64,000 nucleotides of DNA from Sphaerodactylus townsendi (taxonomy: Eukaryota): NCBI RefSeq assembly GCF_021028975.2, contig NC_059426.1:70184001-70248000 (forward strand). The letters are read 5' to 3'. The notes beneath the pieces were generated by a model. It saw nothing but the letters and a program-made list of their open reading frames with translations, had not been told where the DNA came from and did no database searches. Positions 38,303 to 49,608 of the stretch are shown in pieces; position 1 is the first letter of the stretch; every line of letters starts with the position of its first letter. The position numbers and the translations under genes are program-made.

Positions 38303-38411
38303 TTGAAATAAATATATATTTGAATAAATAAATATATATTTGAATATATTTTTATAAATAAATATATATTTGAAATAAATAAATATATATTTGAATATAT
38401 ATATATATATA
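38303..38411. repeat. AT-rich minisatellite (TTGAA(A)TAAATATATAT-like units) ending in (AT)n
   Basis: Visible tandem repeats. Confidence 0.85.
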
Positions 38412-41151
38412 AAACTCTGTTCTACCACTAGCCTTGTACAAGAGTTTTTCCTCTGCCGCTGCATCAGAGGAAAGCACCACTATTGACAGAACAGAACAGA
38501 ATAATTTCCCTCACCATACGGGTTATACACCCCAGTGGTAAATGATTGTGGGGAAAATTTATTTCATTCATATTCATTATGGATACCTACATGAGACATC
38601 CATTTGCTTTCTGTTCACATCATTTCAGCTAACATTCTGGACATTTGAAGCTCTGCTCGTTGATTGTTGAAATGCTAATTTTACCTGCCTTGTCAGCAAA
38701 AAATTCTAAATGAATAATACTAATTGTTTGTGTCATAGATTTTAGATTTGTCAGATTATATTGCAGTCCTATAACTGGCATTTTCATTCATTCTAAAATA
38801 GAAAACATGCAACAAGTTAAATGAACATATTTTGATGCACAGTTTTTTTCAGTACCTTAGAAGTACAGAAAGACAAACTGGAAATCAGATGATTTCCCAC
38901 ATGAAGGCAGTTTACACTTCCAAATATTCTCGACTAAATGCATCACAGCACAGCACATGAGCAGGTGGCTTGATCATATCAGAAATGATTTGGGATGAAA
39001 GAGGGAGGTTTTATTTTTATTTTTTTAGTGACATCAGAATCCCTGAAGCAAGTCATATCTCAGAGAAAATAATTTAAAAATCCCTTAGGAAGCTTTGAAA
39101 AAAGCTCTTGTATTTTGAAAAGTTCGTTCAGATATACACTGCATCTCTTTTTGAATTAAAACAACACACTTTTCCCAATAGTTTTGATTTAAGCAAGCAA
39201 GATGCATTGTGGCAATTGTTCTGGGTAATACATGCCCCTCCCCTCTAAAAATTTAGCCTCTTAGAATTTTGGACTCTGTAACTCAGCTGGGTTCCCCAGC
39301 CCCCTTTCCTTCTGAAGTACCCACAGACAATGGGTGCAAGTTTCTGAGCATCTGTTCCATTCCCCCCACACACAGTCAAACTACCAGATAGTATGTGCTA
39401 GTGTTTTGAAAGTTCCCCATCTCTGATCCAGAGTCCCTGTGTAGATTCACAGTTACAGGGAACCCTGACAGTGGAGTGTATTGCTAAGGGTCTGTGTGCT
39501 GAGCAGTTACACTGAGGCATAGACTCTCCTTGGCCAGGAGCAGTTCTATTCCATCTCTACAGCCTTAATTTGTGGAAAGCTACCAGTATGTTAAAAAAAA
39601 GGTCCAGTCTGGACAAACTAGACAAGTGGATAGTTTAAAAGGGACAGAATCCCAGAGAAGTAAAATCCTTCCACTACCCTGACCTCTTACAAATACTGTG
39701 GGGTGCCTTCCAGGTGCAGAGTAAAGGCAAGAAACTGCATAGGTCCAAAGCAAATGTGGGCACAGCTTGAGGACTGTTGTTAGTCTTTAGAAAAAATGTG
39801 TTGGTTTATATGAAGAGGCCAGTGACAAAATTGAAAGTTTGATGGTGGAGGAAGGAACCCTCCAGGCAGAACGCTTTGATGTTTAGAAGAGGTTTTAGTT
39901 AAAGGTCGATTCCCCACTTCAAAAATGAAAGTAGATACAAACTGGTTTGGTAAGATTTGGGACATTTGAGCACGGTTTCATGGTCCCCACTGCACCTTCT
40001 GCCCCATTGTTCCCAGAAACACAGCAGCCATGCAGGAGTCCCCACTGTTGGTGGATCAAACACGAGATCCGCTCAGGGGCTATCCTGATTGGCTGCTATG
40101 TTGTGCAGGGGCAGGATTTGTTTTATTTTCAAACTGATGGATCCATGTCTCTGCGAGCATGCACAGAACGACCCTATGTGGGAACGAAGAAACGGGCGAT
40201 TAAAACAAAGCCCCGTTTCCACGTGCCTTCATGTAGAAGTTTTTAAGTGAATGCAAAGTAGACACAAACACACTCCCCCACCTGCCTGGTCCAGGAGTTG
40301 TTTTGGCTTCCATTTTGGATTGGCAGTTCTCAATAGCAGAAATAGAAGCTGACACATTTTTGAATTGCCATTTCAAAAGGTAACTATGCAGTAAAGCTAC
40401 AGTACCTGCACAAAAGAAAAAAAAGGGGGGGGAGGATTCTTCTGCATCATGGATGATGTCTCACCACCATCAGGAATAATACATTTTCAGCAGTTTCATG
40501 TAGAATAAATGCAATTGAAGAGGCAAGGGGAGGAATGTTTCCAAGAAACTAAGTTTGACCACTGGGAAAACTTGTGGTAAGCTGTGATGCAGAAAAGGCC
40601 TATAGCTAGTTTATACGGTATAAAATGCCACTGATATGAACTGAGAAGATATGGTGAATTTAGAGCCAATCGGCAATTCCTAGTCTGGGAACAGTCCAAC
40701 CCACATTCATTCTCATTTTATTTGAAAACTTTAGTTGCCATTTCAGCATAACTAACAGTCAATCCAAAGCCTTCAGCATCAGGATGCAGTACCACTGAGG
40801 AGCCGTCCCACCAAGAGAGCTTTCTAATGGTGTGGGGAGCAATTTAAAAAAAATGGGAAAGCCCTCTATAGGTCTTATGCCTCCTAAAGGGTGGGAGCCA
40901 AGTCTGACATCGGGAATGCCCTGGCCTGTCCCACCACCCCACCTAGCATTCATCACAAATGCCAGGTCAGCTCTGCCATGGCCGGAACTTCTGGCTTTTG
41001 CAGAAGTGAGGCTGAGCAGCTAGTGGCCGCCGGCATGTCTGCCTCCTCCTCCAGGGTAAGTGCTCCTGGGAGGGCAAGTGCAAGGCTGATCCCCCAAGCC
41101 CTTTTACCCTCTCTCTCCCCCAACAGAGGTGTAAGGATATTAACTATTTTT

Positions 41152-41432
41152 GGGCCTTTCCCCACTCTCGTCGTTCCCTCTATGCCGCGCGCTGCTCTCA
41201 GCCCGCAGCATCCCAGGTGCGTGCCTGGCCGTCCCCACGACCCCGCGCTCTGCGCGGGGCCATCAAAAGGCGCCGTTAAGAAGAGCGCCTGGGATGCTGC
41301 ACGCTGAGGGGCACTACAGCAGCAGCTTCGGGGTGGCTGCACTGTCGCCGCCCCTCTCAGTGGGGAGTGCCGAGGGACCCCGCGCTACTCTCCTGGAGTA
41401 GCGCGGGGCTTAAGGTAAGTGGGGAAAGGCCC
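41152..41432. mobile_element. Harbinger-like MITE
   Basis: Perfect 15-bp TIR GGGCCTTTCCCCACT / AGTGGGGAAAGGCCC, 3-bp flanks TTT/TTT, CpG-rich body. Confidence 0.85.
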
Positions 41433-41994
41433 TTTGTCAGTAAAGGAGATTTGTCTCCCATAATAGTTCTTTCTAATTTTGAATGTTTAAATTTAAACCA
41501 TCATGTATCTTTTTAAATCCTCAATCTCTCCATGCATATGATACATTTCTTTCAAGAGCAGTCCTTCTGCAATGGTTTGAGAGGAGAGAAAGGGGTGGGA
41601 GAAAGAGGCTATGAAAGACAGATGACCAAGCATGAAGTTTCAGAATAATTCACAACTTTATTGGCCATTACTCTTGAATGTTTTGTGACAGGAATTCATC
41701 AGGCAAATGCTTTACAACACATTCTTGTTTCTCAAACTGCAGCTCAATTACACTTGAAGCAGTTCACTCTATTCCTATGTCTCCTATATATTCTATATTT
41801 CTATATACCAATGGCTGGCATTTACTCCTGGAGGAAAAGGGATGTGAGCACCACTCTTTTACTGGGGGCAAAACCTGCCCCACTCTTGATGGCAAGAGGC
41901 TAGGCTTCCACTGGCATGGAACTAATGAAGGAATTAGTCTCAATGTACATACTAAGCACTCCCAGGCTGTGATGGAATTCTAAATAGTTATCCA

Positions 41995-42522
41995 CCAGTT
42001 TGCCCCCTCCCCTTTCCCAGTTCCCCTCCCCCTACTTACCTGGCTGCTGCACCCTCCCTAATTTGATGTTAGGGGGGAGGCCAGGGAAGTCAGCAGCTTC
42101 TTTCAGAAAGAGGCTTTCAGAGCCCCAGAAAGCCCCTTCACTCCTCCTCTCCTGGGAGACTATCTCCCAGGAGAGAGGGACCTAGGGGGCTTTCAGAGCC
42201 CAATCAGCCTGGTGCTTTTGCAGCCAGGCTGGTCAAAGCTTTCAAAGCTCCCTCGCTCTTTCTCTCCTGGGAGTCTTTCTCTCCTGGGAGGGGGACCAAG
42301 AAAGCTTTCAGAGCTGCAACCAGCCTGACGCCTTTGCAGCCAGGCTGTTCCGGGGCTCTGAAAGCCTCGGCAAGGTGCCCGGCTGCTCGGGGCTCTGAAA
42401 GCCCCCTCAGTCCCCCTTCCCTGGGGTGTTGGGATTCATTGAGCCAGTTCTCCAAACTGCCGAAAAATTAATTTAGCTGGGGTTCGGGCGAACCAGTGCA
42501 CACTGGTTGCCTCCCACCACGG
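41995..42522. mobile_element. Partial hAT-like element with internal short repeats
   Basis: Right end 'ggttcgggcgaacc...ctcccaccacgg' resembles the end of 10617-11563. Repeated 'ctttcagagc' units. Left boundary uncertain. Confidence 0.45.
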
Positions 42523-42705
42523 TTCCCAGGGATTCCTGAATATGAATGGGATTTCCCCCTTAAAAACAGTTTGCTCATGTACTATATTGCTTTCATCTGG
42601 AAAAGGATGTCCATTTCTCTGGATATACTGGATTTCCTGCTGCCTAAAGAATGGGATGGTAGCATAGAAGCCTTCTCTATAAATAATGAAAATAATTAAG
42701 GTGGT

Positions 42706-43644
42706 TCACTGAGAAAACACTTTTTTTCCAATCAATTTTTTAAAAGCACATTTAACATCTTTGTTCCTCAGGCTGTAGATCAGAGGGTTCAACATGGGTA
42801 TTATCACTGTGTAGAACACGGAGGCCATTTTGTCTGTGTCAAGTGAATAGCTTGAATGGGGCCTGAAGTACATGAAGAGAATGGTCCCATGGTATATGGC
42901 CACAGCTGTGAGGTGGGAAGCACAAGTGGAAAAAGCTTTGTATCTCCCCTCAGCAGAGTGAATCCTTAGCACAGCTACAATAATGAATACATAAGAGATT
43001 ATAATGATCAAAAGGGTGCTCATTTCAAACAAGCTGCCAAATGTGAAAATCAGCATCTCATTTAAATAGATATTATCGCAAGACAGTTTCAGGAGGGGGG
43101 TGAGATCACAGAAAAAATGGTTGATAACGTTAGAAGCACAAAAGGATAACCTTAGCAATCCACTTGTATGAATGAGAGAGTTCACAAAACCCACAAAATA
43201 TGATCCAGCTACCAATGCTGTGCAAAGCCTTTTAGTCATTACAGCGGTGTAGAGCAAGGGATTTCGGATAGCCATGTATCGGTCGTATGCCATGGCAGCC
43301 AAGAGGAAGAACTCTGTGGTGGCAAAGATGGCAAAAAAACAATATTGTGCAATGCAGGCAGTAAACGAGATAGATTTGTTGCTCATCATAATGTTGACCA
43401 GCATATTAGGTGTGACTGTGGTGGAATAGCAAACATCTAGAAAGGACAGATTGCTGAGGAAAAAGTACATTGGTGTATGAAGTTGGGAATCAATCCAGAT
43501 CAATACAAACATTCCAAGGTTCCCAGCCAAAGTGATAATATAAATTACTAAAAATATAGCAAAGAGCAGTGGGTGCATCTCCTGATGATCTGTCAATCCC
43601 AAGAGAATGAAATTGGTAATCTCTGTGTAATTGTCTCTAGCCAT
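42706..43644 (-). CDS. Olfactory receptor, class II, family 5-like (312 aa from MARDNYT)
   Basis: NYT site. [45 protein letters not shown]. Acceptor catcccaacAG at 43660-43659; the ORF-track start at 43674 is non-ATG and intronic. Confidence 0.96.
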   Translation of the reverse strand: MARDNYTEITNFILLGLTDHQEMHPLLFAIFLVIYIITLAGNLGMFVLIWIDSQLHTPMYFFLSNLSFLDVCYSTTVTPNMLVNIMMSNKSISFTACIAQYCFFAIFATTEFFLLAAMAYDRYMAIRNPLLYTAVMTKRLCTALVAGSYFVGFVNSLIHTSGLLRLSFCASNVINHFFCDLTPLLKLSCDNIYLNEMLIFTFGSLFEMSTLLIIIISYVFIIVAVLRIHSAEGRYKAFSTCASHLTAVAIYHGTILFMYFRPHSSYSLDTDKMASVFYTVIIPMLNPLIYSLRNKDVKCAFKKLIGKKVFSQ

Positions 43645-44164
43645 TGGTTTAACGTTTCCTGTTGGGATGAACACAAATGGTTAAAATACAAGCTTCTGGG
43701 AAATTTGATTCAGACTTCTTCTTACATTCTTCTTTAAAACTCTGATAGTGGCACTCAGCATGCTGGGGTGCTGAGAAGGGATGTCATTATTACTAGTGTC
43801 TTGAGAATCTTAACATCCCCTTTTACCTGGATATCGTGTTAATTTCATCAGATCATCCATTTTAGCAAGTTCATAATGGCAGATTGTGATTACTTTGCAA
43901 CCCTATTTTACTTTTTCAACCTTGCTGCCATTTTCCCTAAAACCTGACCAACCTTAAAACAAAATGAAATATGACATCAGTGACAGTTTGGGATAAGCTT
44001 ATAATATGACTTGGTCTTGATAACACAAAATTTAAAGTACTTAAGAATAGCATAACAATAACACCAAAAGATCAATGATCAGTTCTCAGAAACGAATAGA
44101 GCTGCTGTGGCAGTGGCTGCTGTTGTCCCAGGTCCTCACTGGTGAGGTAACTAATTGCCTAACC

Positions 44165-44333
44165 CAGTGGTTCTCAACCTTCCTAATGCCGCGACCCTTT
44201 AATACAGTTCCTCATGTTGTGGTGACCCCCAACCCTAACATTTATCCATTTTACAGATGGAGAACACTGATGCAGAGAGTCTTAGGTTATTCGACCCCCA
44301 AAGGGGTCGCGACCTACAGGTTGAGAACCGCTG
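44165..44333. mobile_element. SPIN (Space Invader) hAT MITE
   Basis: CAGTGGTTCTCAACCTTCCTAATGCCGCGACCCTTTAATACAGTTCCTCATGTTGTGGTGACCCCCAACC ... GGGGTCGCGACCTACAGGTTGAGAACCGCTG matches the recalled SPIN/URR1 ends. Perfect 8-bp TSD GCCTAACC. Confidence 0.9.
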
Positions 44334-44668
44334 GCCTAACCTATGGAAGGATTAAACATTATGCCACAAAAGGAGCTTCCTGCCCTTCTGATGCAGAAGG
44401 AAGGAAATGGATAGGTTGCTCATGAAAGTAGGGCAAATTTGTAAGCACACTGAATCATCAGGCATGCCGTAGGGTTGTTTCTAAACAACCCATCATTCAT
44501 CCTTATGGGGATGGGTTAAGAGGGGGCGTTCTGTGTGGTGAGCAGCATAAACCAAAAACTTAGCTATCTGTACAGCTCAACTGGGAAGAGTAATAAACGT
44601 TCCACCTCATGGCATAGGCAATAAACTGATGGCTGTTTGGAGCTATGGTGGTGTTGCCCAAACACAGA

Positions 44669-44905
44669 GGCCCTTTCCGCACGAGCCAAATATAGCATCC
44701 CAGGGACGGCAAAAACGCCGTCCCTGGGAGAGCGTTCGCACAGGATCAAGGTTTTGATAAACAGTGGCTTCCCGGCGGCCTGATGTGAACCGCACCACCG
44801 GGAAGCCACTGCTTTCCCATTGGCTCCACTCACCTTTTTGTGCAGCGTCCCTCTGGAGGGCTGCAGAGACCCACCCATGCTGCCCTGCGACCTCTCTAGT
44901 CAAGT
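44669..44905. mobile_element. Truncated Harbinger-like MITE (family of 49122-49608)
   Basis: Starts GGCCCTTTCCGCAC...GGGACGGCAAAAACGC; no right TIR seen. Confidence 0.55.
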
Positions 44906-45034
44906 CCCCCTGTGTCATTAAGAAAGAATACAGTGCAACAGCTCCAACATCTGGTACAATAGGCTGCATTATAAAGATACTGCTGTTGAAAATATCTATA
45001 TAATTACTAGAAATTTGTATTCCCCAAATTATAA

Positions 45035-45260
45035 GACTATAAGAGGAACTCTGATTGAATACATCAATGCTCTGTCTAGTCCACCATCAATGTTTCACAG
45101 TGGCCAATCAAATGTCAACTGAAGGCCACAAAACATAGCATGGAGGCCAAAACATTACTTGGTTGCCCCTCCCCTTACAGCATTAGTATTCAGAAGTATT
45201 CTGCTTTTGAACTTGCCAGTTCAATTTATTCTTCATGGCTAATAACCATTGATGGACCCA
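45035..45260 (-). mobile_element. CR1 3' fragment
   Basis: 'tctagtcca...cagtggccaatca...catggctaataaccattgatggacc' is the reverse complement of a CR1 end. Confidence 0.55.
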
Positions 45261-45288
45261 ATCTTACTGTAAATTATGGGAAAAACCG

Positions 45289-45575
45289 ATGTTAGCGGTT
45301 TCTGATAAAAAGCTGGTTGATCTTATAATGGCTCTTTATAATGACAACAAACTATGTATAATATATTATTCAGCGGGTAGACTTACAGGAATGATTCTGA
45401 TGACGAGAGGTGTTCGACAAGAGTGTATTTTAGCTCCAACCCTCTTTAATGTTTTCATGAACAATTTGGAACAGATATTATTGAATCCTAATGGACATCT
45501 GCTTAAGATTGGTCCTAGGAGAACACCTCTCCTTCTATATGTGCATGCTGCTGCTCTTTTATATAGAACTAACTG
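45289..45575 (+). mobile_element. Non-LTR retrotransposon reverse transcriptase fragment (RTE/L2-group)
   Basis: GVRQECILAPTLFNVFMNNL ... PLLLYVHAAALL corresponds to the GVRQGC.L.P.LF and degenerate LLYADD motifs. Confidence 0.75.
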
Positions 45576-47522
45576 CACACTCTCTTTTGCAGTTACCAGG
45601 TACTGGGATCTACTTGGAACTGAGTTGTTGAAAATGATTGAAATGTTCTATGAGTTCCTGTGATGAATGATGAACGTATTTATCCTAGCACTCTCCAATG
45701 AATATGCAAGAGAAACAAGTTTGGATTTCTTTAGTTTATTTAAGTAGCTGATCCACTTCATCATCAAACCATTAACTATTTTAGGGAAAGATACAACTGC
45801 ACCTTCATTTTGGCATCTCCAGTTTGACTTCAAAGTTGACCAGAAATGTTGCCAGATTTTTTATCCTAGCTTGCATATGAGTCTTCCAAAAGGAGCTGAG
45901 ATTTATCTCCCTCTTTCCACATGTCACACAGATATCTAAGGGTTTGCTTGATAATGCTCTGCACCAAGCATGTGGTCTCCCATCCCATTCCACCTTATAG
46001 GCTGCTGAAGGAATACCTATAAATTGTGGGCAGGTTGCCAAGTTGTTCTAGGAGCAACTTGCTCTGTTCCTGCCATCTTTAGTAACAGACGAACCAAGTC
46101 AGTTGCCTACTTACTCTAAACTTCTCAAGACAACATGCAGCATGAAGAAAGAAATATAATTCCCTAAAAAGTCAGTCATAAGAGATCCAGAAAATCCTAC
46201 TTGGGCCACCAAATGATTGGCTAGACCTATGTTCCGAGTGCAGGTTGGTGGGTGAAAGCCTGCATAGAGAGGGCAGCAGGCCCCTTTTATGGTTTCCTTA
46301 CATGGTTTCCTATAGATTAGAAAATTAATTGATCCAGTCAGTTTCTTTATCTGATATCAATTCAGTCAATCAATTCAGTCAAATTCAGTCAATTTCTTTA
46401 TCTGATATCAATAATGCATTTACTTGAAAGGAAGATGACCGTGAATGCAAGATGACCCAATTAAAATGTCATACATCTATTGCAGATAGTAAGTGCCTAC
46501 ATGATTATATTTATTTATTGTTTGAGATCTATATTCAGCAGACACAGTACTGTAAAAGATAAATACATACAACATTTATAAAACAGTTTTCATAAAGCAT
46601 AAGTACCAGATAAAATAAAACATCTTCCATCAATACTAAAATGTATCCTGTTTGTATGCTCCCCAAAGATATGGAAGGTAATGCAAGCATGTACCATCAG
46701 ATGACTACAGCAACTGACAGTGCAAGATGGGAGATGACGTAATCTCCCCCAGAAAGTTGGGCTAGTCAACAGAACCAGTTTTTCACCACAATGAATGCAA
46801 ACTTTCCCCCTCCCATGTTGTCTAGAGTGGCCTCTGGTATGCTCACAAGCTCCTCTGTTTTTTTGAGGCAAGCAGCAAATACACTCACTTTACTGATCTT
46901 CTGGAGGACGAGCATACATAATTGGTGTCCTTCTTTTGGTTTGAGCAAGCCTGCTTCAGATATCAAGTACTTTGTGATTAATGAAGTTGTGAGTTGACTA
47001 TGAACAAAATGAGCCACTTTACCATATTCTAATATCTGCTTACATACAGATGTACAGCACAGAATATTTAGATAAACCTGAAAAGAGCCATATCTTGAAG
47101 AAATAGCTAATGATATGCAACCTACCTTCTGGAAGATGAGAACATACTCAGTAGCTTCAACTTTCATCCATGATTTTCTGAAGACCTTATATTTAGTTTA
47201 GGGAGATTGGAGTCAAATCCCACTTTGTCAAAAACATCCCTAATGCACATACAAGGCAATTATCTCTCCTCCCAGTGGTATGTTTTTAAAGAAGGGTATT
47301 TGATCTCAAAATAATACTGATTGCCTGAATTTTTTTGTCTGTGTTGTTTTTCTTCTTACAGGATTACATGGGATTGTATAGTTGCCCCACCCCAACAAAC
47401 AAACAATATTTTCACATGCTTCTGAATATTTTCAATTCCGTATATGTCATTGGTGTTAACATTAACCTTCTCAACCCTTATTTCTCAAAAAAGTATTCTG
47501 GGTCATCTCAATCATCACAATG

Positions 47523-47523
<1 letters not shown>

Positions 47524-47612
<89 letters not shown>
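47524..47612. repeat. (TTTC)n microsatellite
   Basis: About 22 perfect units. Confidence 0.98.
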
Positions 47613-47693
47613 ATAGATTATGAACCACTCACATCGATTAGTGTGAGAATGAGAAATTTTATTATTCTCAGAGATGGCCACATTCAGTTGTGT

Positions 47694-48495
47694 GGAGGCC
47701 ACTTTGTCTGTACCCAATGATAGCTAGATCTAGATTGGAAATACATGAAAAGAATTGTGCTATGAAAGATGGTTACTGTCATGAGGTGAGAAATGCAAGC
47801 GAGAAGGTGTTGCTCCTGCTCTTGAGAAGGCATTGCTCCTTAACACTTTGACCATAATGAAAACATAGGAGATGAAGAATGTGATGATGCTACTCATTTC
47901 AGCTAAGCTGCCAAATTTGAAAAGAAGCAATTCGTTGATGAAAGTGTTTCTGGAGGACAGTTTTAGCAGGGTGGTGATATCATAGAAGAAGTGATTGTGT
48001 CACAACTTTTTAAATAAACTTGTCCCAGACTTGCCCAATAAACAAATCAGTACTTTGAAAGCAGAATTCTTATTTATTGATTACAAGCATGTTGACTTAT
48101 ATTGTCAGAACTGCATACATTAAAACAGGAAAAGCATTACATCCCCCAGTATAGACATGTCACATTCACATCCCCCCTCCTATTCTCCTTTTGGGTGGGA
48201 AAGTACACTCACATACTCAAACATATTCTTCAGACAGTGAGAACTTGGAAAGAAACAGACATCTTTTGCCATCCCCTGCTTCCTAGCGGCAGAACCATTA
48301 CCAAGGTAAGAGTCAGACTGGTACTGTCTGGATGAAATGCAAACAATTCTCCAGGCTGGTCTGTAAGCACTCTAAAGAAAGAAATATGGCAGGATCCTGG
48401 CTAAGACATTAGAGGGTCATGACAAATTGATGACATTGGAATAACAATGGCCCATCACCAGCACCTTGACCAGTTTCTTTGATATACCAGCACCT
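47694..48495 (-). pseudogene. Olfactory receptor pseudogene (paralog of 42706-43644), interrupted by a solo LTR
   Basis: SKKLVKVLVMG-(deletion)-CYSNVI[LTR]NHFFYDITTLLKLSSRNTFINELLLFKFGSLAEMSSIITFFISYVFIM...(frameshift)CISHLMTVTIFHSTILFMYFQSRSSY(frameshift)SLGTDKVAS. Both ends are missing. Confidence 0.9.
47998..48424 (-). mobile_element. Solo LTR inserted in the OR pseudogene
   Basis: TGTCA...TGACA termini; 5-bp TSD GATTG/AATTG (1 mismatch). Removing it restores [10 protein letters not shown]. Strand inferred from a minus-strand AATAAA at ~48075. Confidence 0.88.
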
Positions 48496-48509
48496 GAAAG
48501 AAACACTCC

Positions 48510-48720
48510 TTTGGTTCTGGTGGGTTTTCCGGGCTGTGTCCGGGGATTCTTGTTCCTAACATTTTGCCTGCATCTGTGGCTGGCATCTTCAGAGGTGTAT
48601 CACAGAGGGAAATCTGTTACACACTGTGTCCAGAGAGAAGGAAATGTTTGGGGTATATATTGTCTATGTCCCAGGGTGGGGAACCAATCAGTAAGTGTTT
48701 GCGTGGATCTTGTTATGCAA
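48510..48720 (-). mobile_element. Penelope-like element fragment
   Basis: 'ttttccgggctgtgt...gcctgcatctgtggctggcatcttcagaggtgtatcacagag', a squamate Penelope pLTR-like sequence (recalled) with a hammerhead core. Confidence 0.65.
48555..48595 (-). ncRNA. Degenerate minimal type I hammerhead ribozyme
   Basis: Minus strand CCT-CTGAAGA-TGCC-agccacagatgca-GGC-AAAATGTT-AGG. The CUGANGA box is intact; CGAAACG has become CAAAATG by two CpG transitions. Confidence 0.65.
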
Positions 48721-49121
48721 AGATATGGTTGTTTGTGGGTGGATTCCAGCATCACAGCGGCCGCCCAATTGGAGTGTGTGTGTGCAAAACTCAGATTTTG
48801 CACCAGGCTCCATTTTCCCTAGATACGTGAAGTATGGTATGATGAAAGAGGTTACCTGGCTTGGGGTCAGGCAGTGAGTTTCATATTATTCTCTTTTCTC
48901 TTTGCCAATGTCCACTAAATCATTTTATATTTAATTGGCTTAGAATACATGTATACAAGTCTGTTAGCAAAGGATATTTCTGCAGTTTTCTGGTATTTTC
49001 ACATTTTCTGGTATTTCACATTAAATTTTCATTCAAATGGTGATGTAGTATTGCATAACAACCAGCTGCACACTGTACCAAAATATGGATACTCAACTGC
49101 AATGGTGAATCCAGTATGTTA

Positions 49122-49608
49122 GGCCCTTTCCACAAAGGTGGTTAATGGCGCCCCGGGGACGGCAAAAACGCTGTCCCCAGGGAGCCATTCACACAGGGGG
49201 CGCAGCTGCTGCGCCGTCCTCGCACTGCCCGACCAGCGTGAAGCCGGCGTTTCCCAACCTCGCTTGGCAAACGAGGTTGTTGGGAAATGCCGGCTTCCAG
49301 GCGCCTTCCCTCCCCCCCCCACCAGGCGACTCACCTGTCCTGTGGCCCTCCGGCGCATCGCTGAGGCCTGGGGACATGCCCCCTTTGCCCTGCGACCCTG
49401 GAGCGGTCGCGCAGGGCAGGGGGGCGTGTCCCCTGGCCTTGGCGATGTGCCGGAGGGCCGCAGGACAGGTGAGTCGCTCTGACGACGGCGCAGCTCTGCA
49501 CCGTCGTCCCTGCCGCTTCTGGGACCGTCCATGCGAACGGTCCCAGAGGGGTCGGGTCAGCGTGGATTGGGCCGACCCGACCCATTCCGCCTCCGTGCGG
49601 AAACGGCC
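49122..49608. mobile_element. PIF/Harbinger MITE
   Basis: GGCCCTTTCCACA ... TGCGGAAACGGCC termini; TTA TSD at 49119-49121 and 49609-49611. Internal inverted repeat; CpG-rich. Confidence 0.9.

Noticed and set aside
42033-42044. U1 snRNA 5' end match TACTTACCTGGC
   Set aside because: Only 12 nt; the rest of U1 is absent and a similar word occurs in the related MITE at ~11244.
45640-47250. Possible L1/Tx1 ORF2 relic on the minus strand (also a weak hint at 13200-14030)
   Set aside because: Only faint peptide resemblance (e.g. FWGRL, SFSGL); not supportable without a profile search.
47335-47720. FFLS/KKER-repeat ORFs
   Set aside because: Translation of the (TTTC)n microsatellite.
48004-48020. 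AACTTTTTAA at the LTR edge as another H-element motif
   Set aside because: It is followed by ATAAA, so the TAATG homeodomain core is absent.
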